The notes: generated by a model from the letters alone, not told the origin. A stretch of DNA of 64,000 bases from Eledone cirrhosa (GCA_964016885.1 OZ024766.1:19840001-19904000); one strand, 5' to 3'. Positions 42,465 to 56,171 are shown, counted from the stretch's first letter. Numbers and translations are program-made.

Positions 42465-43708
42465 TTCATTTCATTTCACATCCACTTCTCCCTGCTTGCA
42501 AGGGTGGGACGGGAACTGATGCTGGCTTGATTTCTACAGCTGGATGCCCTTCCTAACACCAACCTCATTTACAGTGAGTGCTGGGTGCTTTTTTTTGCTG
42601 TGGCACCTCAACGACCACTTTACAGTGAGGGCTGGGTGCTTTTTTTGCTGTGGCACCTCCACGACCACTTTACAGTGAGTGCTGGGTGCTTTTTTTGCTG
42701 TGGCACCTCCACGACCACTTTACAGTGAGGGCTGGGTGCTTTTTTGCTGTGGCACCTCCACGACCACTTTACAGTGTGGGATGGGTGCTTTTTTGCCGTG
42801 GCACCTCCACGACCACTTTACAGTGAGGGCTGGGTGCTTTTTTTGCTGTGGCACCTCCACGACCACTTTACAGTGAGGGCTGGGTGCTTTTTTGCTGTGG
42901 CACCTCCACGACCACTTTACAGTGTGGGCTGGGTGCTTTTTTGCCGTGGCACCTCCACGACCACTTTACAGTGGAATGATAGGGACCCCAGTCCCTATCA
43001 TCTCATTTCTACAGCTGAGTAAACTGGAGCAATGTGAAATAAAGTGTCTTGCTCAAGGAAACAACACATCATCCGGTCTGAGAATTGAATTCACAACCTT
43101 TCGATTGCAAGGCCAATGCTCTAACCACTAAGCCATGTGCCTCCAATGCTCTAACCACTGAGCCATGTGCCTCCAATGCAAGGCCAATGCTCTAACCACT
43201 AAGCCATGTGCCTCCATTGCAAGGCCAATGCTCTTACCACTGAGCCATGTGCCTCCAATGCAAGCCCAATGCTCTAACCACTGAGCCACGTGCCTCCATT
43301 GCAAGGCCAATGCTCTTACCACTGAGCCATGTGCCTCCAATGCAAGCCCAATGCTCTAACCACTGAGCCACGTGCCTCCATTGCAAGGCCAATGCTCTAA
43401 CCACTGAGCCATGTGCCTCCATTGCAAGGCCAATGCTCTAACCACTGAGCCATGTGCCTCCATTGCAAGGCCAATGCTCTAACCACTGAGCCATGGGCCT
43501 CCATTGCAAGGCCAATGCTCTAACCACAGAGCCACGTGCCTCCATTGCAAGGCCAATGCTCTAACCACAGAGCCACGTGCCTCCATTGCAAGGCCAATGC
43601 CCTAACCACAGAGCCATGTGCCTCCATTGCAAGGCCAATGCTCTAACCACAGAGCCATATGCCTCCATTGCAAGGCCAATGCTCTAACCACTGAGCCATG
43701 GGCCTCCA
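42465..43708 (-). mobile_element. CORE/V SINE (~8 49-mers) whose tRNA head is amplified as a 39-bp array (43115-43708)
   Basis: ttgcaaggccaatgctctaaccactgagccatgtgcctcca x~15. Confidence 0.88.
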
Positions 43709-43916
43709 TATGTATATAACAATTTTTGTGTGACGTCTCTTGTTGTTTTGTTTTATTTTTGAATAAGCATTGTTGTGGTTGATGTGAAGATGTGCTCGTT
43801 CAAACTCACCGCTTAGCTGTTTGGCTCGGTGTTGTAGTACTGTGTTGGAGTGCTGTGTGTGTTTCCACTCTGCTGTTGTCGCTTCTTACGCAGTTGTTGT
43901 GTTGATATACTTGCAG

Positions 43917-44090
43917 CCTTGTGGCTACCACCAACTTCCACAGGCCACGGCCTCTTCTACTCCAACGCCACCACCACCACCACCAACAACAACACCAACA
44001 ACAACACCACCACCACCACCACCACAACAACCAGCAGCTGTGCCGTCCCGTGGCAGCGCTCGGCCGCGCCACTGTAGAGTTTCACGGCAG
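43917..44090 (+). CDS. Candidate 174-nt symmetric cassette exon (PCGYHQLPQATASSTPTPPPP...RHCRVSRQ)
   Basis: ttgcag acceptor, consensus cag|gtaagt donor, no stop, phase 0-0; same P/T/Q triplet style as true exons. Confidence 0.55.
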
Positions 44091-44298
44091 GTAAGTACAC
44101 ATTCACACAAACACACACACACACATATATATTTATATATATATATACACCAATATGCATGTATATATACCATATATATATGTATATATGAATATAGATA
44201 TATATATTGTTATACTTTGGGAGGGTCATGTTGCCAATAAGAAACACACGCACCAGTTGCTTTCACTTCAATTTATTATATATTTATAAATTTATAAA

Positions 44299-45114
44299 TC
44301 TATATATATAAAACTGTGGTTGTCTGTCTGTCTATCGATTTTTGGCACACATCTCCTCTTAGAATCTCTCACGGAATTGCACCGAAATTGCTATACTTGT
44401 ACATTGAGCCCTAGCGAAGACATCGGAAAAAAAAAAATTTCAAATTGACCCACCCTATGTGACGAAATCGAATATAATGTATCGATTTTTGAGCGTAAGT
44501 TATCAGTTATTTCCCTTTGTTCTGTTTACATTGAGCGTCTTACGTAAAAAATTACGCTGGCTTTCTCAGCGTTTAAAATGACATTAACACAATACACGAA
44601 CAGTTGTTGAGCCAGCAAAATATTGACCTGCAAAATTCATCAGTTCGAACACTAAGCTTCCGTTTTGCTTCATTTCCATTTAAAAGCATTTTAAAACAAT
44701 ATTTTTACTTGAAAACAAGTCTATTTAAAGACTACGTAAAACAAGCAAATATTTCAGGCGTGCAGACAGACAGTCGTGCAGAGAGGTGATATAGGCGTGC
44801 AGACAGACATAACTGATAATTTGGTTACGCTAATGTTTTTCTCTGCGTTGCAGTGTTTACATTTTCGATCTTTGTTAATAAATAACCAGTGCAGTTTTTA
44901 TCCCCAGCATCCTCTTTTGTTATAACATTCGGGTTATCGTTATGTTTTCTTAACTTCATAAGGCATATTGTTGGTTGAGGGAATATTAATCAAAAACACC
45001 ACATGCAAGTCTGCACAGTAGACACTACAGTTTTTAAGCCAAGAAAGAAACTTAACATTGTAACTTTAACACAGCTACTGAGCGACCCTGAGCAACGCCG
45101 GGCTTTACTGCTAG
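44299..45114 (+). mobile_element. Non-autonomous Helitron inside a fold-back element
   Basis: A|TCTATATATATAAAAC...CCCTGAGCAACGCCGGG hairpin...CTAG|T; flanked by inverted arms 44206-44280 and 45116-45193. Confidence 0.8.
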
Positions 45115-45254
45115 TATATAATAAATTGAAGTGAAAGCAACTGGTGCGTGTGTTTCTTATTGGCAACATGACCCTCCCAAAGTATAACAATATCGGTTTC
45201 AACACACGATTTCAGATAAAGAATCTTGCTAAACAAATTCAGAAACGAGATATA

Positions 45255-45295
<41 letters not shown>

Positions 45296-45730
45296 ATGTA
45301 TGTATGTGTATATATATGTGTATGTATATGTATATATATGTGTATGTATATTTATATATATGTATGTGTATATGTATATGTATGTATATATATGTATGTG
45401 TATATATATATGTGTATGTATATGTATATATATGTGTGTATGTATATATGTCTATGTATGTATATATATGTGTGTGTATGTATGTATATAGATATATATA
45501 GATATGTTTGTATGTATATATATATATATATGTATATGTATGTATGTGTGTATATATATATGTATGTATGTATGTGTGTATATATATATATGTATGTGTG
45601 TATATATATATATGTATGCATGTATATGTATATAGATATATGTATAGGAATATATATATATATAGAGATATGTGTGTATGTGTGTATGTATGTATGTATA
45701 TATATATGTATATATGTATATGTATGTATA

Positions 45731-45773
<43 letters not shown>

Positions 45774-45844
45774 GTCTAACCCATGCTAGCGTGGAAAATG
45801 GATGTTCAACGAAGATGATGATGATATGTATGTAAATATATATG

Positions 45845-45875
<31 letters not shown>

Positions 45876-45928
45876 GTATATATATGTGTATATATATGTA
45901 TATATATATGTATATGTATATATGTATA

Positions 45929-45973
<45 letters not shown>

Positions 45974-46103
45974 GTGTATATATATGTATATATATGTGTA
46001 TATATATGTATATATATATGTATATATATATATGTATATATATGTATATATATGTATGTATATCACGGAGAAAGCTATTAGCGATACTCCAACCATCTAT
46101 ATA

Positions 46104-47233
46104 TCTATATATATAAAACTGAGTATGTCTGTGTGTCTGGGAGATTGAATCCCTAAACCTCGAGAAGTACCCAACTTTACATGTGTATTACTTATATTTC
46201 AAGGAGTGTTATGCACATAAATTCAACTTTTTGATCCCCTGGGGCCCCCATTAGGTAAAAACCTTCATTTTTTTTAGCTTTTTAGGGCTTTTTTGAGTCG
46301 TTACCTCAGACCGATTTCCTTTAAATTGTAACTATGTATTAGTCAGCCTCTTCTTCATACCGTGAGCAAAGAAAATCCATCTTTTTGATCCCCTAGGGCC
46401 CGCATTAGGTGAAAAACTGCATTTTTTCAGCTTTTTAGGGCTTTTTTGAGGCGTTACCTCAGACCTGATTTCCTTTAAATTGTAACTATGTATTAGTCAG
46501 CCTCTTCTTCATACCGTGAGCAAAGAAAATCCATCTTTTTGATCCCCTAGGGCCCGCATTAGGTGAAAAACTGCATTTTTTCAGCTTTTTAGGGCTTTTT
46601 TGAGGCGTTACCTCAGACCTGATTTCCTTTAAATTGTAACTATGTATTAGTCAGTCTCTTCTTCATACCGTGAGCAAAGAAAATCCAACTTTTTATGGCT
46701 TAGGGGCCGCATTAGGTGAAAAACTTCATTTTTTTTAGCTTTTTAGGGCTTTTGAGTTGTTACGTCAGACCGATTTCCTTTAAATTGTAACTATGTATTA
46801 GTCAGTCTCTTCTTCATACTGGGAGCAAAAAAAATCCAACTTTTTTATGGCCTAGGGCCCGCATTAGGGGAAAAACTTCATTTTTTCAGCTTTTTAGGTC
46901 TTTTTCGAGGCGTTACCTCAGACCGATTTCGTTCCTTGAAATTGTAACTATGTATTAGTCAGTCTCTTCTTCATACCGTGAGCAATTAGGTGTAAAACTT
47001 CATTTTCTCAGCTTTTTAGGGCTACTTTAGGGCGTGACGTCAAAATCGCATTCAGAGTTATTTCCCTTGGACTGCTTCATCGAGGAAAATCTTAAAAGAT
47101 TATCCAGCCATCAGAGTATTCGGTTTATTTTCTTTACATATTCTCCAGGCATGCAGTTTTTACACGTTCAGGTCTGTTGGCGGCAGGCGTTCCAAAGTAC
47201 CTTATCCCGTGCAACGCCGGGTACCACTGCTAG
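46104..47233 (+). mobile_element. Non-autonomous Helitron with internal ~122-bp tandem repeats
   Basis: A|TCTATATATATAAAAC...CCCGTGCAACGCCGGG...CTAG|T. Confidence 0.82.
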
Positions 47234-47252
47234 TTATATATATGTATGTATA

Positions 47253-48320
47253 AGGCAGTGAATTGCCAATCGTTAGAACGTCAGATAGAATGCTTTGTAG
47301 TATGCATTCCAGCTTTCTGACCACTGAGTTCAAATCCCGCCGAGGTCAAATTTGGCTTTTAACCTTTCGAGGTTGATATAAAAAGTACCAGTGATGTACT
47401 GGGGGTTGATTCTTCCTTTATATTTCTTTCTCATTTCCTCTCTATCTTTTGAGGTTGATATAAAAAGTACCAGTGATGTATTGGGGTAGATTCTTCCTCT
47501 ATATCTCTCTCTCATTTCCTCTCTATCTTTTGAGGTTGATATAAAAAGTACCAGTGATGTACTGGGGTAGATTCTTCTATATCTCTCTCTCACTTTCTCT
47601 CTATCTTTCAAGGTTGATATAAAAAATACCAGTGTTGTACTGGGGTAGATTCTTCCTCTATATCTCTCTCTCACTTCCCCTCTATCATTCGAGGTTGATA
47701 TAAAAAGTACCAGTGTTGTACTGGGGTAGATTCTTCCTCTATATCTCTCTCTCACTTTCTCTCTATCTTTCAAGGTAGATATAAAAAGTACCAGGGATGT
47801 ACTGGGGTAGGTTCTTCCTCTATATCTCTCTCTCACTTCCTCTCTATCATTCGAGGTTGATATAAAAAGTACCAGTGATGTACTGGGGTAGATTCTTCCT
47901 CTATATCTCTCTCTCATTTCCTCTCTATCATTCGAGGTTGATATAAAAAATACCAGTGTTGTACTGGGGTATATTCTTCCTCTATATATCTTTCTCATTT
48001 CCTCTCTATCATTCGAGGTTGATATAAAAAGTACCAGTGATGTACTGGGGTAGATTCTTCCTCTATATCTCTCTCTCACTTCCTCTCTATCATTCAAGGT
48101 AGATATAAAAAGTACCAGGGATGTACTGGGGTAGGTTCTTCCTCTATATCTCTCTCTCACTTCCTCTCTATCATTCGAGGTTGATATAAAAAGTACCAGT
48201 GATGTACTGGGGTAGGTTCTTCCTCTATATATCTCTCTCTCACTTCCTCTCTATCATTCGAGGTTGATATAAAAAGTACCAGTGATGTACTGGGGTAGAT
48301 TCTTCCTGTATATCTCTCTC
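47253..48320 (+). mobile_element. Meta-domain-type SINE with 81-bp tandem amplification (x~12)
   Basis: GAGTTCAAATCCCGCCGAGGTC B box, then repeated TCGAGGTTGATATAAAAAGTACCAGTGATGTACTGGGG. Confidence 0.7.
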
Positions 48321-48494
48321 TATTTTTCTCTGGAAGAAATCTGCTGTACTGAGGCCTGGGGAGGGGGAAGGGCTCTGCCAGGCTTAAAATGACTGAGAAA
48401 CCCCGTATTGGCATACGGGGTCATGCACATGTGTATGTATATATATATATGTGTGTTTGTGTGTATATATATGTTGTGTTCTGTCTTCTTACAG

Positions 48495-48647
48495 CTGAAA
48501 GACATGAGTCAACTGGTGAACCACATCGATGATGAGAAAAAAGAGGCTACGGGCTCGCTGGAGCAGTCCTCGCCCTCACCAACTGACCAACGCACGAGTA
48601 AAAGGAGGAGTGAAGGTTCTGGTGCTACTGCCACCTCACGGCGAAAG
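48495..48647 (+). CDS. KAT6: KAT6 exon l (LKDMSQLVNHIDDEKK...TSRRK)
   Basis: cttcttacag acceptor, aag|gtatgc donor; phase 0-0. Confidence 0.85.
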
Positions 48648-48699
48648 GTATGCTTTGTTTTTATACATCATCATCATCATCATCATCATCAATGTTTAA

Positions 48700-50179
48700 C
48701 CCTTTAGCATTTACATTACTCTATATATACTATTGTATTGTCACAGTAAAGGCTTTACCTCACATAATACCTCACATAACATTTACATTACTCTATATAT
48801 ACTATTGTATTGTCACAGTAAAGGCTTTACCTCACATAATACCTCACATAACATTTACATTACTCTATATATACTATTGTATTGTCACAGTAAAGGCTTT
48901 ACCTCACATAATACCTCACATAACATTTACATTACTCTATATATACTATTGTATTGTCACAGTAAAGGCCTTACCTCACATAATACCTCACATAACATTT
49001 ACATTACTCTATATATACTATTGTATTGTCACAGTAAAGGCTTTACCTCACATAATATCTCACATAGCATTTACATTACTCTATATATACTATTGTATTG
49101 TCACAGTAAAGGCTTTACCTCACATAATACCTCACATAACATTTACATTACTCTATATATACTATTGTATTGTCACAGTAAAGGCTTTACCTCACATAAC
49201 ATTTACATTACTCTATATATACTATTGTATTGTCACAGTAAAGGCTTTACCTCACATAATACCTCACATAACATCTACATTACTCTATATATACTATTGT
49301 ATTGTCACAGTAAAGGCCTTACCTCACATAATATCTCACATAACATTTACATTACTCTATATATACTATTGTATTGTCACAGTAAAGGCTTTACCTCACA
49401 TAATATCTCACATAACATTTACATTACTCTATATATACTATTGTATTGTCACAGTAAAGGCTTTACCTCACATAATATCTCACATAACATCTACATTACT
49501 CTATATATACTATTGTATTGTCACAGTAAAGGCTTTACCTCACATAACATTTACATTACTCTATATATACTATTGTATTTTCTCGGTGAAGGTTTTACCT
49601 CACATAATATCTCACATAACATTTACATTACTCTATATATACTATTGTATTGTCACAGTAAAGGCTTTACCTCACATAATATCTCACATAACATTTACAT
49701 TACTCTATATATACTATTGTATTGTCACAGTAAAGGCTTTACCTCACATATTATCTCACATAACATTTACATTACTCTATATATACTATTGTATTGTCAC
49801 AGTAAAGGCTTTACCTCACATAATATCTCACATAACATTTACATTACTCTATATATACTATTGTATTGTCACAGTAAAGGCTTTACCTCACATAATATCT
49901 CACATAACATTTACATTACTCTATATATACTATTGTATTGTCACAGTAAAGGCTTTACCTCACATAATATCTCACATAACATTTACATTACTCTATATAT
50001 ACTATTGTATTGTCACAGTAAAGGCTTTACCTCACATAATATCGAATCTCTGAGATTTTGATATTATTTACTTTGAGAACAACACTTTAACATCAGTATG
50101 AGTGGCCAGTTACAGTCGGTTTGAATGGAAACCGGTGAGGGAATTCTTGCCAGATATGGCTGGTTTAAATGCGAAAGGG
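48700..50179 (+). mobile_element. Complete piggyBac-like MITE with ~19 72/60-bp repeats
   Basis: TTAA-CCCTTTAGCATTTA...TAAATGCGAAAGGG-TTAA (14-bp TIR, 1 mismatch, TTAA TSD). Confidence 0.85.
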
Positions 50180-50184
50180 TTAAT

Positions 50185-51942
50185 GTCTGTTTTCTATGCT
50201 AGCATGGGTTAGACAAGTTGTCAAGTGAGTTGCTATGTCTTGTCCGTACAGAACTGTTTCTAGCTTGGTTTTTACAGCTGGATGCCCTTCCTAACGCCAA
50301 CCTCAACATCTTGTACTGGGTACTTTTTGTTGTGACACCTACATGACCACTTTACAATGTGGACTGGGTGCTTTTTGTTGTGACACCTACATGACCACTT
50401 TACAGTGTGGACTGGGTGCTTTTTGTTGTGACACCTACATGACTACTTTACAGTGTGGACTGGATACTTTTTGTTGTGACACCTACATGACCACTTTACA
50501 GAGTGGACTGGGTACTCTTTGTTGTGACACCTACATGACCACTTTACAGTGTGGACTGGGTGTTGTTTGTTGTGACACCTACATGACCACTTTACAGTGT
50601 AGACTGGGTACTCTTTGTTGTGACACCTACATGACCACTTTACAGTGTGGACTGGGTGTTTGTTGTGACACCTACATGACCACTTTACAGTGTGGACTGG
50701 GTGCTTTTTGTTGTGACACCTACATGACCACTTTACAGTGTGGACTGGGTGCTTTTTGTTGTGACACCTACATGACCACTTTATAGTGTGGAGTGGGTAC
50801 TTTTTGTTGTGACACCTACATGACCACTTTACAGTGTGGACTGGGTACTCTTTGTTGTGACACCTACATGACCACTTTACAGTGTGGACTGGGTACTTTT
50901 TGTTGACACCTACATGACCACTTTATAGTGTGGACTGGGTACTTTTTGTTGTGACACCTACATGACCACTTTACAGTGTGGACTGGGTACTTTTTGTTGT
51001 GACACCTACATGACCACTTTACAGTGTGGACTGGGTGCTTTTTGTTGTGACACCTACATGACCACTTTACAGTGTGGACTGGGTGCTTTTTGTTGTGACA
51101 CCTACATGACCACTTTACAGTGTGGACTGGGTACTTTTTGTTGTGACACATACATGACCACTTTACAGTGTGGACTGGGTACTTTTTGTTGTGACACCTA
51201 CATGACCACTTTACAGTGTGGACTGGGTACTTTTTGTTGTGTCACCTACATGACCACTTTACAGGGTGGACTGGGTACTTTTTGTTGACACCTACATGAC
51301 CACTTTACAGTGTGGACTGGGTACCTTTTGTTGTGACACCTACATGACCACTTTACAGTGTGGACTGGGTGCTTTTTGTTGTGACACCTACATGACCACT
51401 TTACAGTGTGGACTGGGTGCTTTTTGTTGTGACACCTACATGACCACTTTACAGTGTGGACTGGGTACTTTTTGTTGTGACACATACATGACCACTTTAC
51501 AGTGTGGACTGGGTACTTTTTGTTGTGACACCTACATGACCACTTTACAGTGTGGACTGGGTACTTTTTGTTGTGTCACCTACATGACCACTTTACAGGG
51601 TGGACTGGGTACTTTTTGTTGACACCTACATGACCACTTTACAGTGTGGACTGGGTACCTTTTGTTGTGACACCTACATGACCACTTTACAGTGTGGACT
51701 GGGTACTTTTTGTTGTGACACCTACATGACCACTTTACAGTGTGGACTGGGTACTTTTTGTTGTGTCACCTACATGACCACTTTACAGTGTGGACTGGGT
51801 GCTTTTTGTTGTGACACCTACATGACCACTTTACAGTGTGGGCTGGGTGCTTTTTGTTGTGACACCTACATGACCACTTTACAGTGTGGACTGGGTACCT
51901 TTTGTTGTGACACCTACATGACCACTTTACAGTGTGGACTGT
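50185..51942 (-). repeat. SINE tail followed by 48-bp minisatellite (ttacagtgtggactgggtgctttttgttgtgacacctacatgaccact) x~34
   Basis: Direct inspection; short relative at 36510-36640. Confidence 0.9.
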
Positions 51943-52007
51943 GTGACTACCCTGTTATAGAATGTTATATAAGGGATGATCTAATGTTGTTGTTGTTGAT
52001 GTTGTAG

Positions 52008-52116
52008 CCTGTACGCAGGACAAGGGTTGGAATGAAAAGAAGGGTGAACACCCGCTCTTCGAGGGAACCGACGCCAAAGAGGTTAAAACCGGAGGAGGAG
52101 CCAGCAAAGAATGATG
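52008..52116 (+). CDS. KAT6: KAT6 exon m (PVRRTRVGMKRRVNTRSSREPTPKRLKPEEEPAKND), NLS-like
   Basis: ctaat branch point + (tgt)n + tag acceptor, g|gtaata donor; phase 0-1. Confidence 0.8.
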
Positions 52117-52209
52117 GTAATATGACCTTCTCTTTATTTCTCTCTCTCTCTCATCTCTCTCTGTCTGGCGATCGATTGATCTACAATCTATCTATCTATC
52201 TATCTATCT

Positions 52210-53535
52210 TCGTACTCCTGGAGATGAGGGTTTCACATTTTTTCGGGGGGTATGTGTTACCCATATAAACTGTCTCCCCCTATTGGGGAAAATCGACTAA
52301 TTTTTTAAATTGCATTTGTGATAACATTTTACACGTTTTTATTGTATGTAAACTTCCCCCTTTGTATTTGTCCCCTTCTTTTGTGCCCCTGTGGCTAATA
52401 AAGAAACATATCTATCTGTCTATCTATCTATCTATATATCTCAGGCTGCGGCATCTCTACGTATTCCTCACCGGACAACCGGTGTGGGCCCCGTTCGTGA
52501 GGCGAGCCTTCCCACGACTCGTCTCGCTGACCGAGCTGCAGTCCTGGGTCAAGCAGAGACCGAGGAAAATGGGCGACTGGCACATCGAATGTGCTCAGGC
52601 GCTCACAGCCCTCTGGCAGGCGGACCCAGCGATCAGTGGAGACTCCACTTCGTCATTCTATAGAGGGTTGGTCCGCAGCAAGTGCGACGACGCGCTCGGT
52701 GAAACTCTAGGCGTGGAGGAAGATGAACTGGCCAGTCTGTTCGGTAGGACCTTCCGCCCGGGACCGATGGACAACTTCCAAAAGTCCCTGGCCTGGCAGT
52801 GCTACCGAGGAGCTCTACCAGTTCGAGACAAGCTCTACAGACATGGGCGCCCGGGCAGGGACCCTGCAAAAAAGATCTGTCCGAGGTGCGTGCGAGACGA
52901 AGAAACCGTCGCGCACACATTCATACACTGCCCGGGCGTCACTGACCTGTGGGGCTATGTAGAACGACTATTGTCGCGGGTGGGACCAATCCGGTTGACC
53001 ACCGAGTCCATTGTCATGATCAAACCGCCACCCTCCTTCAAAAACGAAGGAGAGGCGGTTTTCCTTTGTGTGATAGCTATGGCGAAAGAGGTTGTATGGT
53101 GGACAAGGTTGAAAGGGCTGAGGTCAGACACCTTTCTCTCCGGCCAACAACTGATTCCTTTTTTCAAATACCACTTTGGAAGAAGAATCAGAATGGAGAG
53201 AGAGGTGCTGTACCCCAGCAAGTTCTATGAAAGGTGGGTGAAAGTGGCGAGAATGGCCCCAGTGAATGGGCCTTCTCTCTATATCAGCGTGTAGGTTGAG
53301 GAAAAGGAGGAGGAGAGGAAAGGAGTACAAGCTCTTTGTACTCCTGGAGATGAGGGTTTCACATTTTTTCGGGGGTTATGTGTTACCCATATAAACTGTC
53401 TCCCTCTATTGGGGAAAATCGACTGATTTTTTTAAATTGTATTGTGATAACATTTTACACGTTTTTATTGTATGTAAACTTCCCCCTTTGTATTTGTCCC
53501 CTTCTTTTGTGTCCCTGTGGCTAATAAAGAAACAT
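52210..53535 (+). mobile_element. Tx1/L1-clade LINE: 5'-truncated ORF2 end (zf-RVT) plus a second 3'UTR-only copy, in (TATC)n
   Basis: LAWQCYRGALPVRDKL...CPRC...EETVAHTFIHCP, open to stop at 53294; 3'UTR 52212-52405 duplicated at 53338-53532, both ending AATAAAGAAA. Confidence 0.85.
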
Positions 53536-53559
53536 ATCTATCTGTCTATCTATCTATAA

Positions 53560-54373
53560 TACAGTGAGTGTTGGGTGCTTTTTTGCCGTGGCACCTCCAC
53601 GACCACTTTACAGTAAGTGCTGGGTGCTTTTTTGCTGTGGCACCTCCACGACCACTTTACAGTGAGTGCTGGGTGCTTTTTTGCCGTGGCACCTCCACGA
53701 CCACTTTACAGTGAGTGCTGGGTGCTTCTTTGCTGTGGCACCTCCACGACCACTTTACAGTGAGTGCCGGGTGCTTTTTTGCTGTGGCACCTCCACGACC
53801 ACTTTACAGTGAGTGCTGGGTGCTTTTTTGCCGTGGCACCTCCACGACCACTTTACAGTGAGTGCTGGGTGCTTTTTTGCCGTGGCACCTCCACGACCAC
53901 TTTACAGTGTGGGCTGGGTGCTTTTTTGCTGTGGCACCTCCACGACCACTTTACAGTGAGTGCTGGGTGCTTTTTTGCCGTGGCACCTCCACGACCACTT
54001 TACAGTGAGTGCTGGGTGCTTTTTTGCCGTGGCACCTCCACGACCACTTTACAGTGAGTGCTGGGTGCTTTTTTGCCATGGCACCTCCACGACCACTTTA
54101 CAGTGAGTGTTGGGTGCTTTTTTGCCGTGGCACCTCCACGACCACTTTACAGTGAGTGCTGGGTGCTTTTTTGCTGTGGCACCTCCACGACCACTTTACA
54201 GTGGTATGATAGGGACCCCAGTCCCTATCATCTCATTTCTACAGCTGAGTAAACTGGAGCAATGTGAAATAAAGTGTCTTGCTCAAGGAAACAACACATC
54301 ACCCGGTCTGAGAATTGAACTCACAACCTTTCGATTGCAAGGCCAACGCTCTAACCACTAAGCCATGTGCCTC
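53560..54373 (-). mobile_element. CORE/V SINE 5' part with ~13 49-bp repeats
   Basis: Head and CORE box intact. Confidence 0.85.
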
Positions 54374-54446
54374 CATTACGTACATATATATATGTGTGCA
54401 TGTATATATATATATATATATATATCTGTCTGTCATCTCTCTTCAG

Positions 54447-54530
54447 AAACACCGCCGCAGGGGAGGCAACTCAGGCGCTCTAATGCCGACCGTTCTACGC
54501 GGTCGGCAACAGTTACTCCGAGAAGTGCAG
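54447..54530 (+). CDS. KAT6: KAT6 exon n (ETPPQGRQLRRSNADRSTRSATVTPRSAG)
   Basis: ctctcttcag acceptor, cag|gtatgt donor; phase 1-1. Confidence 0.8.
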
Positions 54531-54534
54531 GTAT

Positions 54535-55980
54535 GTTGTGTGGTGTAGTGTTGTCTAGTGTGGTGTGTTGTAGTGTTGTCTAGTGTGGTGTGGTGTATTA
54601 ATGTAGTGTGGTGTGTTGTCTGGTGTGGTGTGTTGTAGTGTTGTCTAGTGTGGTGTGGTGTTGTCTAATGTAGTGTAGTGTTGTCTAGTCGTGTGGTGTT
54701 GTGTAGTGGTGGTGTAGTGTGGTCTGGTGGTGTGGTGTTGTCTGGTGTAGTGTAGTGATGTGGTGTGGTGTGGTGTGGTGTTGTGTGGTGTAATGTGATG
54801 TGGTGTAGTGTGGTGTAGTGTAGTGTAGTGTGGTGTGGTTTGGTGTTGTCTGTTCTGGTGTAGTGTGGTGTAGTGTTGTCTGGTGTGGTGTGGTGTTGTC
54901 TAGTGTTGTCTAGTGTGGTGTTGTCTGGTCTGGTGTAGTGTAGTGTAGTGTGGTGTGGTGTGGTGTAGTGTGGTGTGGTGTGGTGTTGTCTAGTGTGGTG
55001 TGGTGTAGTGTTGTTGTCTGGTGTTGTGATAGTGTTGTTGTCTGGTGGTGTGGTGTGGTGTGGTGTGGTGTGGTGTAGTGTTGTGATAGTGTGGTGTGGT
55101 GTGGTGTTGTGATAGTGTGGTGTGGTGTAGTGTTGTGATGGTGTGGTGTGGTGTGGTGTTGTGATAGTGTGGTGTGGTGTAGTGTTGTGATGGTGTGGTG
55201 TGGTGTTGTGATAGTGTTGTTGTCTGGTGTGGTGTGGTGTGGTGTGGTGTAGTGTTGTTGTCTAGTGTAGTGTGGTGTGGTGTGGTGTAGTGTTGTTGTC
55301 TGGTGTGGTGTGGTGTAATGTGGTGTGGTGTGGTGTGGTGTAATGTGGTGTTGTGTAGTGTGGTGTGGTGTGGTGTAGTGTTGTGATAGTGTGGTGTGGT
55401 GTGGTGTAGTGTTGTGTTGTCTAGTGTGGTGTGGTGTTGTGATAGTGTTGTCTGGTGTGGTGTGGTGTAATGTGGTGTGGTGTGGTGTAGTGTTGTTGTC
55501 TAGTGTAGTGTGGTGTGGTGTAATGTGGTGTGGTGTGGTGTTGTGTGGTGTGGTGTGGTGTGATGTGGTGTGGTGTGGTGTGGTGTGGTGTGGTGTGGTG
55601 TAATGTGGTTGTCTAGTGTAGTGTGGTGTGGTGTGGTGTGGTGTGGTGTAATGTGGTGTGGTGTGGTGTGGTGTTGTTGTCTAGTGTGGTGTGGTGTGGT
55701 GTGGTGTGGTGTAATGTGGTGTAATGTGATGTGATGTGGTGTGTTGTAATGTGGTGTGGTGTGGTGTGGTGTGTTGTAATGTGGTGTGGTGTGGTGTGGT
55801 GTGGTGTGTTGTAATGTGGTGTGGTGTGGTGTGGTGTAATGTGGTGTGGTGTGGTGTGGTGTAATGTGGTGTGGTGTGATGTGGTGTGGTGTGTTGTAAT
55901 GTGGTGTGGTGTGGTGTGGTGTGGTGTGGTGTGGTGTAATGTGGTGTGGTGTGATGTGGTGTGGTGTGTTGTTGTCTGGT
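54535..55980. repeat. (GTGTG)n pentamer satellite filling intron n-o
   Basis: Direct inspection. Confidence 0.95.
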
Positions 55981-56009
55981 GGTGATGACCTCCAAACTTC
56001 TCTCTGTAG

Positions 56010-56171
56010 GAACCAAAAGAGACAACACCAGACTTGACGACACCAACAATCAGACAGAGACATGCGGCACGGTCGCTACGGCAACCCCAGAGAGGAGACG
56101 CACCAGCAGTCGGACAGCCAGCTGCGCCGCCGCTGCTGCTGCTGCTGCCGCCGCCGCCATTGCTGCTGCTG

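Noticed and set aside
52362-53294. Independent nested protein-coding gene
   Set aside because: The start lies in a repeat; the peptide is the zf-RVT C-terminus of a truncated LINE ORF2
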